Shown piece after piece: positions 7,315 through 15,002 of a stretch of 24,000 bases of DNA. The first letter of the stretch is position 1; each line of letters starts with the position of its first letter. The stretch is from positions 465,787 to 489,786 of the forward strand of contig NZ_LT700189.1 in the NCBI RefSeq assembly GCF_900155425.1, given 5' to 3'. The stretch comes from Parabacteroides massiliensis (GTDB lineage Bacteria > Bacteroidota > Bacteroidia > Bacteroidales > Tannerellaceae). Under the pieces are notes generated by a model, which saw only the letters and a program-made list of their open reading frames with translations, did not search any database and had not been told where the DNA came from. The translations under genes were made by a program, and so were the position numbers.

Positions 7315-8520
7315 ATGGAATCAATCAAGCAAATATACCGGATCGGCCACGGACCGTCCAGTAGCCATACGATGGGGCCGATGCGAGCTGCCCGGATGTT
7401 CTTGGAACGTAATCAGGGCGCAGCGCGGTTTGATGTCACTCTCTATGGCAGCCTGGCAGCCACAGGCAAGGGACACATGACGGATGCAGCCATTCTCGAA
7501 GTGCTCAGTCCGGTAGCCAAAACCAACATCATCTGGGAACCGAAGGTGTTCCTGCCTTTCCACCCGAACGGTCTCCAGTTCCGTTCGTTTGACGAAAGCG
7601 GCAAGGAGTTGGAAAACTGGACGATTTACAGTATCGGCGGCGGAACGCTGGCAAACGAAACCTACAACGAGTTGACACAAGGGCAGGTCTACGAAATGCA
7701 TACCATCAAGGATATACAAGCCTGGTGTGAGAAAACCGGCTATTCCTACTGGGAATATGTCGAACAGTGCGAAGGTCCGCAGATATGGGATTATCTGGCC
7801 GAAGTATGGGATGTGATGCAACAGGCGGTCCATAACGGGCTCGAAACCGAAGGCATTTTGCCCGGTGGCCTGGGAATCCGTCGTAAGGCGTCCGACTATA
7901 TGATCCGTGCCAAAGGTTATGGCAGCAGCATCAAAAACCGCGGGATGGTCTATGCGTATGCATTGGCTGTTTCCGAAGAGAACGCTTGCGGAGGCCAGAT
8001 CGTGACTGCTCCGACCTGCGGTTCGTGCGGTGTGATGCCTGCCGTGCTCTATCACCTGAAAGAGTCTCGCGATTTCCGTGATTCCCGTATCTTGCGTGCG
8101 TTGGCGACTGCCGGGTTGTTCGGCAATGTGGTGCGTACGAATGCATCCGTTTCCGGGGCCGAGGTAGGATGCCAGGGAGAGGTTGGTGTGGCTTGTGCGA
8201 TGGCGGCAGCGGCGGCCAGCCAGTTGTTCGGCGGGACGCCTGCCCAGATCGAGTATGCGGCCGAGATGGGGCTGGAGCACCACTTGGGGCTGACGTGCGA
8301 TCCTGTTTGCGGACTGGTCCAGATACCCTGCATCGAACGTAATGCCTTTGCGGCAGCCCGTGCGTTGGATGCGAATACTTTCTCCAACTTCTCCGATGGC
8401 AAGCACCGGGTAAGTTTCGACCAAGTAGTCGAAGTGATGCGCCAGACCGGAAACGACCTGCCGAGCCTCTATAAGGAAACATCCGAGGGCGGGCTGGCTA
8501 AGAATATGGAACGGAAATGA
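7315..8520 (+). CDS. sdaA: L-serine ammonia-lyase (L-serine dehydratase), iron-sulfur dependent, single-chain
   Basis: Motifs 'YRIGHGPSSSHTMGP', 'TAPTCGSCGV' and 'GAEVGCQGEVGVACAMAA'; 401 aa. Confidence 0.85.
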   Translation: MESIKQIYRIGHGPSSSHTMGPMRAARMFLERNQGAARFDVTLYGSLAATGKGHMTDAAILEVLSPVAKTNIIWEPKVFLPFHPNGLQFRSFDESGKELENWTIYSIGGGTLANETYNELTQGQVYEMHTIKDIQAWCEKTGYSYWEYVEQCEGPQIWDYLAEVWDVMQQAVHNGLETEGILPGGLGIRRKASDYMIRAKGYGSSIKNRGMVYAYALAVSEENACGGQIVTAPTCGSCGVMPAVLYHLKESRDFRDSRILRALATAGLFGNVVRTNASVSGAEVGCQGEVGVACAMAAAAASQLFGGTPAQIEYAAEMGLEHHLGLTCDPVCGLVQIPCIERNAFAAARALDANTFSNFSDGKHRVSFDQVVEVMRQTGNDLPSLYKETSEGGLAKNMERK

Positions 8521-8525
8521 GAAGA

Positions 8526-8607
8526 TTTATGATTTATGATTTATGATTTATTAAAGAAAAACATATCATAAATCATAAATCATAAATCATAAATCATAAA
8601 TCATAAA
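8526..8607. repeat. Inverted heptamer arrays: (TTTATGA)x3.7 at 8526-8551 facing (TCATAAA)x6 at 8566-8607; long AT-rich hairpin
   Basis: The arms are reverse complements and could form a stem of up to about 26 bp in several registers, with the loop 'ttaaagaaaaacata'. One more TCATAAA at 8621-8627 abuts the GH43 ATG. Confidence 0.85.
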
Positions 8608-8626
8608 TGAAAATTCTAACTCATAA

Positions 8627-9625
8627 ATGAAAAGAAGTTTATATCTGCTATTGTGTGCTGCCGCATTGGTTTCGTGCGGGCAGCCGAAACAACAACAGGA
8701 GGCCGCTGCCGATGTCGTGACCAGTGGTAATCCGATATTCGAGGGCTGGTATGCCGATCCCGAAGGAATCATTTACGACGATACCTATTGGGTTTTCCCG
8801 ACTTGGAGTGATGCGTATGAGAAACAGACCCATTTCGACTGCTTTTCATCCAAAGACCTCGTGAACTGGACGAAGCATTCGTCTGTGCTCGACACCTCTG
8901 CCGTGAAATGGGCGAAGAGAGCCATGTGGGCACCGTCTATCATCCATAAGGACGGCAAATATTATTTCTTCTTCGGAGCCAACGACGTGCATGAAGGCGA
9001 AGTGGGAGGAATCGGGGTTGCCGTCAGCGACCGCCCGGAAGGCCCGTATAAGGACCTGTTAGGCAAACCGCTTATCAACGAGATCGTGAACGGGGCGCAG
9101 CCGATCGACCAGTTCGTTTTTCATGACGACGACGGTCGCTACTATATGTATTACGGAGGTTGGGGACATTGCAATGTCGTCCTTCTGAACGACGACTTCA
9201 CCGGGCTGGTTCCTTTTGAAGACGGAACGGTCTATAAGGAGGTGACACCTGACAAATATGTGGAAGGTCCGTTCATGTTCAAGAAGAACGGCAAATACTA
9301 TTTCATGTGGAGCGAAGGAGGGTGGACCGGTCCCGACTATTGTGTCGCTTATGCGATTGCCGATTCGCCATTCGGGCCGTTCGACCGTGTCGCCACGATT
9401 CTCCAGCAAGATTCGACGATAGCGCGAGGTGCCGGACATCATTCGGTTATGCATGTCCCGAATTCCGAAGATTATTACATCGTCTACCATCGTCGTCCGC
9501 TGAACGACAATACCCGCGACCACCGTGTGACTTGTATCGACCGGATGACTTTCGATGAGAACGGATTCATAAATCCTGTTAAAATGACTTTCGAAGGTGT
9601 TCCTGCCCGTACAATAGGTAAGTAA
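8627..9625 (+). CDS. Glycoside hydrolase family 43 lipoprotein (beta-xylosidase/alpha-L-arabinofuranosidase type)
   Basis: Lipoprotein signal 'LLLCAAALVSCG'. GH43 motifs 'NPIFEGWYADPEGIIYDDTYWVFPT', 'WAPSIIHKDGKYYFFF' and 'EGPFMFKKNGKYYFMWSEG'. Confidence 0.8.
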   Translation: MKRSLYLLLCAAALVSCGQPKQQQEAAADVVTSGNPIFEGWYADPEGIIYDDTYWVFPTWSDAYEKQTHFDCFSSKDLVNWTKHSSVLDTSAVKWAKRAMWAPSIIHKDGKYYFFFGANDVHEGEVGGIGVAVSDRPEGPYKDLLGKPLINEIVNGAQPIDQFVFHDDDGRYYMYYGGWGHCNVVLLNDDFTGLVPFEDGTVYKEVTPDKYVEGPFMFKKNGKYYFMWSEGGWTGPDYCVAYAIADSPFGPFDRVATILQQDSTIARGAGHHSVMHVPNSEDYYIVYHRRPLNDNTRDHRVTCIDRMTFDENGFINPVKMTFEGVPARTIGK

Positions 9626-9653
9626 GGACGATTTAATCGCTAAAAGATATTAA

Positions 9654-9687
9654 AACAGGAGTGTAGCTGTTGCACTCCTGTTTTTTT
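9654..9687 (+). terminator. Rho-independent terminator after the GH43 gene
   Basis: A 10-bp perfect stem (AACAGGAGTG 9654-9663 paired with CACTCCTGTT 9673-9682), a 9-nt loop, and a run of 7 T (9681-9687). Confidence 0.8.
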
Positions 9688-9691
9688 GTAC

Positions 9692-9711
9692 TACTTTTGA
9701 CACATGTGTCA
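9692..9711 (+). promoter_or_regulatory. Candidate -7 box TACTTTTG (9692-9699) overlapping a perfect 14-bp palindrome TGACACATGTGTCA (9698-9711); likely TetR operator
   Basis: Both elements were read directly from the sequence. They lie 37 nt upstream of the TetR ATG (9748) and immediately after the terminator. Confidence 0.5.
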
Positions 9712-9747
9712 GACACGAGTGATAAAATATTTAATAACATTACAGCG

Positions 9748-10392
9748 ATGAGTACAGAAGAACTTCAGGACATGGAAAGCCGGATAATCGAAGCAGCGAA
9801 GCGGGTGTTTGTCCGAAAAGGATATGAGGCGACCAAGATGAGCGATATCGCTCTTGAAGTCGGCCTCGGCCGTACGGCCTTGCATTATTATTTCCGGACG
9901 AAGGAGATGCTTTTCGACGCTATCTTCGGCCGGTTGATGGGAGTATTGTTGCCTAATATAGAGATGATCGTGAACGAGCCTGTGTCCTGCTTGGAGAAAA
10001 TTCCCAGGATTGTAGACCAATACCTGATGATCGTCCATGCCAATCCCTCTTTCCCGATTTTTGTGGTGAATGAGTTCAACCGGGACCCGGATCATCTATA
10101 CAGAGTCATTCTGAAAGAGCCGGAACGCCTTGGACTGTTCCTGCGGTTACGGGAACAAATGTTGGAGGAAATGGAAAAAGGAATATTGAGAAAGATACCT
10201 TTGGTTTATTTGGTTTCTACGCTAATGAGCCTGGTCGTGTTTCCTGTGTTGGCGAGAAACCCGTTGACGAATGTCTTCTTTGAAGGCGATCCCCGGAAGT
10301 TTGAAGTCTTTTTACAGGAACGCGGTACATTTATCAAAGAAGTGTTGATCCGGTTGCTTACTCCGGACCGGCCGAAGGTGGAGGACGAATGA
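9748..10392 (+). CDS. TetR/AcrR-family transcriptional regulator
   Basis: The track start 9670 is a TTG lying within the terminator loop/right stem arm. I prefer ATG 9748 ('MSTEELQDMESRIIEAAKRVFVRKGYEATKMSDIALEVGLGRTALHYYFRTKEMLF', a TetR_N HTH). Confidence 0.8.
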   Translation: MSTEELQDMESRIIEAAKRVFVRKGYEATKMSDIALEVGLGRTALHYYFRTKEMLFDAIFGRLMGVLLPNIEMIVNEPVSCLEKIPRIVDQYLMIVHANPSFPIFVVNEFNRDPDHLYRVILKEPERLGLFLRLREQMLEEMEKGILRKIPLVYLVSTLMSLVVFPVLARNPLTNVFFEGDPRKFEVFLQERGTFIKEVLIRLLTPDRPKVEDE

Positions 10393-10409
10393 GAGGAGAA
10401 TATACATAT

Positions 10410-11732
10410 ATGAAACGAATGAACTTGAATGGATGGAAACGGTTAGCCTTTGTGTTGCTCGTCTTTCCCCTTGTGGCGGAAGGAGCGGGGGCACAGGAGC
10501 GTATAACGTTGGGCGAGTGCTACGAATGGGCGCATGCCAACTATCCGCAGATACACCGGTACGGGCTGATCGAACAGACCGAACAGTATAACCTGTCCAA
10601 TGCCGCCAAAGGCTGGCTGCCACAGCTCTCGGTCAATGCGAAAGCGACGTATCAGAGCGACGTGACAAAGTTGCCGTTCGATGCCGACAAGCTGTCGGCA
10701 ATCATTCCCGGAATCGAGATACCGACACTCAGCAAGGACCAGTATCAGGTCGTGGCCGAAGTGAACCAGACGATCTGGGACGGTGGCGTGATCCGTTCCG
10801 CCCGCCGGTTGACGGAAGCACAGGCAACGGCCGACCGGGAACAACTGAACAGCAACCTCTATGCCTTGAACGACCGGGTGAACCAGCTTTATTTCGGCTG
10901 TCTCCTGCAAGACGAACTGATCCGTCAGAACGGTTTGCTCCAGAAAGAGTTGCAGCTCAATATCGACCGTATCTCGGCCATGATGGAGAATGGCGTTGCC
11001 AACCTGTCCGACCGCGAAAGCATGGAAGTCGAGTTGTTGAACGCCCGCCAGAAGGCGATAGAGTTGAAAGCCGCCCGTTCGGCCTACGGCAAGATGCTGG
11101 CGGCCTTGATCGGCCGTCCGGATAGCGGGGCGTTCGTGCTGGAAGTCCCTTCGCTGCCGGAGGCTCCTTCGTTGTCGCCTGTGATCAGCCGGCCGGAGCT
11201 TCGTGCGTTGGATGCCCAAAGCGAGTTGCTCGAATTGCAGAACAAACAGTTGACCGCCGGGCTGATGCCTCGTATCGGTGCTTTCTTCCAGGGCGGTTAC
11301 GGCCGTCCGGGGTTGAATATGCTGGAAGACAGTTTCAATCCGTTCTACATCGCCGGTGTCCGTCTGAGTTGGAACATGGGTAAATTATATACCTTGAAGA
11401 ACGATCGCCGGAAGATTGCCACGGACCGCCGGGCGGTGGAAGTTGAGCGGGAGACATTCCTCTTCAATACCCGTCTCCAATTGACACAGCAGAACACGGA
11501 GATCAGGAAGATGACCGAACTGATGAAAGCCGACGATGAGATCATCCGCCTCCGCTCCAGTATCAAGAAGGCGGCCGAAGCCAAGCTGGCGAACGGCGTG
11601 ATCTCCGTCACCGACCTCATCCACGAGATCAACTCCGAAGACCTGGCCCGCCAGGCGGCTGCCACGCACCGGATACAACAGTTGCAATCAATCTATAATC
11701 ATAATGTTACTTTTGGCTTGACCCAAAAGTAA
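10410..11732 (+). CDS. TolC-family outer membrane efflux protein
   Basis: I prefer ATG 10410 ('MKRMNLNGWKRLAFVLLVFPLVAEGAGAQ', a signal peptide) over 10389. The protein has the two-repeat OEP pattern with long coiled-coil-like segments. The last 8 codons and the stop lie inside a repeat hairpin. Confidence 0.75.
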   Translation: MKRMNLNGWKRLAFVLLVFPLVAEGAGAQERITLGECYEWAHANYPQIHRYGLIEQTEQYNLSNAAKGWLPQLSVNAKATYQSDVTKLPFDADKLSAIIPGIEIPTLSKDQYQVVAEVNQTIWDGGVIRSARRLTEAQATADREQLNSNLYALNDRVNQLYFGCLLQDELIRQNGLLQKELQLNIDRISAMMENGVANLSDRESMEVELLNARQKAIELKAARSAYGKMLAALIGRPDSGAFVLEVPSLPEAPSLSPVISRPELRALDAQSELLELQNKQLTAGLMPRIGAFFQGGYGRPGLNMLEDSFNPFYIAGVRLSWNMGKLYTLKNDRRKIATDRRAVEVERETFLFNTRLQLTQQNTEIRKMTELMKADDEIIRLRSSIKKAAEAKLANGVISVTDLIHEINSEDLARQAAATHRIQQLQSIYNHNVTFGLTQK

Positions 11733-12363
11733 CCAAAAAGATCAAGGTTTGTCTGTTACTTTTGGCTTGATCCAAAAGTAACCAAAAAGTCAAGGCTTAA
11801 GCTGACGAGCTACTTCGTTCCCTTCGTTCGCTGTCGCGTCTGAAACTCGCTTCGCTCAAACAGCAGACGCTCCGGGCGCTCACTGCGGTCACTGCGCTTA
11901 ACGCTCGCCAGCTTAGGCCGGGAGCAGAGCCGGAACGGCTCTTTGGGGATTGCCGATACCGACACCTATATAACAGGCGGTATCGGCAATCATAGGAGAA
12001 AGCGGAGCTTTTTAGGAAAGGCCTAAGCGGACGGGCGTAAAGCGGAGGGTGAAGGCGTAGCGTCCGGAGCCTGCGCTGTTTGAGCGAAGCGAGTTTCGCA
12101 GGCGACAGCGTAGCCTTCACCCGGAGTAGCCCGTCCGGTTGAGCCTTGATCTTTTGGTTACTTTTGGATCAAGCCAAAAGTAACAGAACAACAGTTGGAT
12201 GTAATCCAACGAAAAAAGAAAGTTGGATGCGACCCAACGAAAAAAAATCTAGGGTATCGGGCAAAGCCCGCTCCACAGGCGACAGCGTAGCCTTCGCCCG
12301 GAGTAGCCCGTCCGGTTGAGCCTTGATCTTTTGGTTACTTTGGGATCAAGCCAAAAGTAACAG
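11706..12363. repeat. Composite palindromic intergenic repeat (REP/MITE-like) built around four copies of the hairpin GTTACTTTTGG-N6-CCAAAAGTAAC
   Basis: The hairpin occurs at 11706-11733, 11755-11782, 12157-12184 and 12334-12361. About 123-bp imperfect inverted arms lie at 11753-11875 and 12064-12186 (about 80% identity by eye). A central 13-bp inverted repeat pairs ATTGCCGATACCG (11949-11961) with 11978-11990. An 88-bp near-identical direct repeat lies at 12099-12186 and 12276-12363. Confidence 0.85.
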
Positions 12364-12401
12364 ACAAACAAATAAATAATTGAAATTAAACATCAATCAA
12401 T

Positions 12402-13292
12402 ATGAAACCGATTCTTTTATTCAGTTTAGCGTTAGCTCTGTCGGCTTGCAGTGGCAACAAGAACGACTTCGATGCCACAGGAGCATTCGAATCCACCGAA
12501 ATAATCGTTTCTTCGGAGGCGAACGGGAAGATCATGGAACTGAACCTGCAGGAAGGCGACCGGCTTGAAGCGGGCGCCGTGTTGGGTTATGTGGACAGTA
12601 TGCAGCTTTACCTCCGGAAGAAGCAACTCGAAGCGGGCCTCCGTAGCGTGGACATCCGCAAACCGGATATCCGCAAACAGATCGCTTCCCTCGAACAGCA
12701 GATCGCCGTCGCCCGGAGCGAACAGCAGCGTATGGAGAACCTGGTAAAGGCGAAAGCCGGCAACCAGAAACAGGTCGATGACATCGTCAACAACATTAAG
12801 GTGCTGCAAAAGCAATTGGATGCCCAATATTCGACCTTGCATAAAACGACGAGCGGGGCGGATGCCGAAGCGGAAAGCATCGTCTACCAGATCATGCAGC
12901 TGGACGACCAGTTGCAGAAAAGCCGCATCGTCAACCCGCAGTCCGGCACTGTCCTCGTTAAATATGCCGAACCGGGCGAAGTCACGGCTGCCGGCAAGCC
13001 TCTTTATAAGATAGCCGACACCGATCTGCTGTATCTTCGCGCTTACCCTACCGCCGAACAGCTTACGCAGTTGAAACTCGGGCAGCGGGTGCGTGTCTTT
13101 GCCGATTTCGGAGAAAAGGGACAAAAGGAATATCCCGGCACGATCACCTGGATTTCCGAAAAGTCGGAATTTACCCCGAAAGGAATCCAGACCAAGAACG
13201 AACGGGCCAATCTGGTCTATGCCGTCAAGATAGCTGTCAGGAACGATGGCTATTTGAAGATCGGACAATATGGGGAAGTCCTTTTTAAGTGA
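12402..13292 (+). CDS. HlyD-family periplasmic adaptor (membrane fusion) lipoprotein, YbhG-like
   Basis: Lipobox 'LALALSACSG'. A long coiled-coil middle region. C-terminal beta-barrel-like 'RVRVFADF...GTITWISEKSEFTPKGIQTKNERANLVYAVKI'. Confidence 0.8.
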   Translation: MKPILLFSLALALSACSGNKNDFDATGAFESTEIIVSSEANGKIMELNLQEGDRLEAGAVLGYVDSMQLYLRKKQLEAGLRSVDIRKPDIRKQIASLEQQIAVARSEQQRMENLVKAKAGNQKQVDDIVNNIKVLQKQLDAQYSTLHKTTSGADAEAESIVYQIMQLDDQLQKSRIVNPQSGTVLVKYAEPGEVTAAGKPLYKIADTDLLYLRAYPTAEQLTQLKLGQRVRVFADFGEKGQKEYPGTITWISEKSEFTPKGIQTKNERANLVYAVKIAVRNDGYLKIGQYGEVLFK

Positions 13293-13311
13293 CAATTGAG
13301 AATTGACAATG
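13290..13311 (+). repeat. Heptamer linker TGACAAT-TGAGAAT-TGACAAT(G): three TGA codons at 7-nt spacing
   Basis: TGA occurs at 13290 (the HlyD stop), 13297 and 13304, so all three frames are closed. The next gene's ATG is at 13309. Confidence 0.9.
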
Positions 13312-14232
13312 ATGAGAGAGATTGATATTCGACATATAAATAAGGCTTATGGGGAGGTTCGGGCTTTGCAGGACATCTCGTTGCACATCGGCGAAGGGGA
13401 GCTCTTCGGGCTGATCGGGCCGGACGGGGCGGGCAAGACATCGCTGTTCAGGATACTGACCACCCTGCTGCTGGCAGACAGCGGTACGGCTTCGGTCTGC
13501 GGACTGGATGTCGTACGCGATTATAAGGAGATCCGTTGGCGGGTAGGGTATATGCCGGGGCGTTTCTCCCTTTATCAAGACTTGACGGTGGAAGAGAACC
13601 TGAACTTCTTTGCTACCGTGTTCAATACGACTGTCCGGGAGAACTACGACCTGATCCGGGATATTTATGTCCAGATAGAGCCTTTCAAGAAACGGAAAGC
13701 CGGGAAGCTCTCCGGCGGGATGAAGCAGAAGTTGGCCTTGAGCTGTGCGCTGATCCATCGGCCCGATGTCCTTTTCTTGGACGAGCCGACGACGGGTGTC
13801 GATCCTGTTTCGCGTGTGGAGTTTTGGGATATGCTGGACCGGTTGAAGAGGCAAGGGATCACGATTCTGGTTTCGACGCCCTATATGGACGAGGCTTCCC
13901 GTTGCGACCGTATCGCGCTGATGCGTGGCGGACGTTGCCTGTCGGTCGATACGCCGGAAGGCATCCGCGCTACGTTCGACAAATATTTGTATGCCGTCCG
14001 GTCGGCTTCGATGTACAAACTGTTGCTCGACCTCAGAACATATCCGGATGCGGACTCCTGTTTCTCTTTCGGAGACGCGCATCATTTCTCCATTCGCAAG
14101 GAGGTGGTGGATAAAGAAGGAGAAGCCGTCTTCCGCAAGGATCTGCAAGCATTCCTGACGGCAAAAGGACATGCGGATATCGGCATCGAACCGATAAAAC
14201 CAGGTATAGAAGATTGTTTTATGGCTTTATGA
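13309..14232 (+). CDS. ABC transporter ATP-binding protein (YbhF N-half-like) with C-terminal extension
   Basis: The track start 13303 is TTG; the first ATGs are at 13309 and 13312. Motifs: Walker A 'GPDGAGKT', signature 'LSGGMKQK', Walker B 'VLFLDEPT'. Confidence 0.85.
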   Translation: MMREIDIRHINKAYGEVRALQDISLHIGEGELFGLIGPDGAGKTSLFRILTTLLLADSGTASVCGLDVVRDYKEIRWRVGYMPGRFSLYQDLTVEENLNFFATVFNTTVRENYDLIRDIYVQIEPFKKRKAGKLSGGMKQKLALSCALIHRPDVLFLDEPTTGVDPVSRVEFWDMLDRLKRQGITILVSTPYMDEASRCDRIALMRGGRCLSVDTPEGIRATFDKYLYAVRSASMYKLLLDLRTYPDADSCFSFGDAHHFSIRKEVVDKEGEAVFRKDLQAFLTAKGHADIGIEPIKPGIEDCFMAL

Positions 14233-14972
14233 TTATGAATGTAATAGAAACAGATAAACTGACGAAATGCTTCGGTTCCTTTACCGCCGTCGACCATATC
14301 AGCTTCGCGGTAGGCGAGGGGGAGATTTTCGGTTTCTTGGGAGCGAACGGAGCCGGCAAGACGACTGCCATGCGTATGTTGTGCGGCCTTTCGACACCGA
14401 CCTCCGGGACGGGAAAGGTCGCCGGTTTCGATATCTATAAGGAAACGGAACAGATCAAACGGCATATCGGCTACATGAGCCAGAAGTTTTCCCTCTACGG
14501 AGACCTGAAGGTCTGGGAGAACATCCGCTTGTATGGCGGTATCTACGGCTTGTCCGAGAAGCAACTGAAAGCGAAGACGGACGAGCTGCTCCGGGTTCTT
14601 GACCTGGAGAACGAACGGAACACCTTGGTCGATGCCCTGCCGTTGGGCTGGAAGCAAAAGCTGGCTTTCTCCGTCGCCATCATCCACGAACCCCGGATCG
14701 TTTTCCTGGACGAACCGACCGGAGGTGTCGATCCCGTCACCCGCCGCCAGTTCTGGGAGCTGATCTACCAGGCTGCCGAACGAGGCATTACGGTCTTTGT
14801 CACCACCCACTATATGGACGAGGCGGAGTATTGCAACCGTGTCTCCATCATGGTAGACGGTAAGATCGAAGCCTTGGACAGCCCTTCCGCCCTCAAATCG
14901 TCTTTCAAGGCCGGTAATATGAACGAAGTCTTCCATGCGTTGGCACGGAGAGCGAAGAGAACGGAAAATTGA
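14229..14972 (+). CDS. ABC transporter ATP-binding protein (YbhF C-half-like), degenerate signature motif
   Basis: The track start 14214 is TTG. ATG 14229 forms an ATGA overlap with the upstream stop (14230-14232). Walker A is 'GANGAGKT' and Walker B is 'IVFLDEPT'. The signature position reads 'LPLGWKQK' rather than LSGG. Confidence 0.85.
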   Translation: MIMNVIETDKLTKCFGSFTAVDHISFAVGEGEIFGFLGANGAGKTTAMRMLCGLSTPTSGTGKVAGFDIYKETEQIKRHIGYMSQKFSLYGDLKVWENIRLYGGIYGLSEKQLKAKTDELLRVLDLENERNTLVDALPLGWKQKLAFSVAIIHEPRIVFLDEPTGGVDPVTRRQFWELIYQAAERGITVFVTTHYMDEAEYCNRVSIMVDGKIEALDSPSALKSSFKAGNMNEVFHALARRAKRTEN

Positions 14973-15002
14973 TAATTGAGAATTGAAAATTAAAGAATAA
15001 GC
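14970..15002 (+). repeat. Heptamer linker TGATAAT-TGAGAAT-TGAAAAT-TAAAGAA...: three TGA codons at 7-nt spacing
   Basis: TGA occurs at 14970 (the real stop), 14977 and 14984. It shares the core AATTGAGAATTGA with the 13290 linker. Confidence 0.9.

Noticed and set aside
7321-8424. 367-aa (and nested 183/116-aa) minus-strand ORFs opposite sdaA
   Set aside because: sdaA on the + strand has unmistakable L-serine dehydratase motifs. The antisense frames are Arg/Gly/His-rich artefacts.
8526-8607. Possible CRISPR array because of regular short repeats
   Set aside because: The units are 7 nt and directly abutting, with no spacers. This is a microsatellite-like tandem or inverted array, not a CRISPR.
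8607-8630. 7-codon mini-ORF (MKILTHK) whose TGA overlaps the GH43 ATG
   Set aside because: It arises because 'TCATAAATGAAAA' is duplicated (8601-8613 and 8621-8633) as part of the heptamer repeat. There is no independent evidence for a leader peptide, but it is worth a glance in ribosome-profiling data.
9670-9747. TTG-initiated N-terminal extension of the TetR ORF
   Set aside because: It would start within the upstream terminator (loop/right stem arm) and run through the promoter and operator. ATG 9748 precedes a normal TetR HTH.
11797-12120. 107-aa minus-strand ORF in the TolC-HlyD gap
   Set aside because: It lies wholly inside the palindromic repeat element. Its Arg/Ser/Leu-rich low-complexity translation is the kind of spurious ORF these repeats generate.
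12194-12248. Two mini-hairpins (GTTGG..CCAAC) followed by A-runs, considered as terminators
   Set aside because: On the + strand the stems are followed by A-runs, not U-runs. On the - strand the T-run precedes the stem. Neither orientation fits an intrinsic terminator, so I treat them as part of the repeat element.
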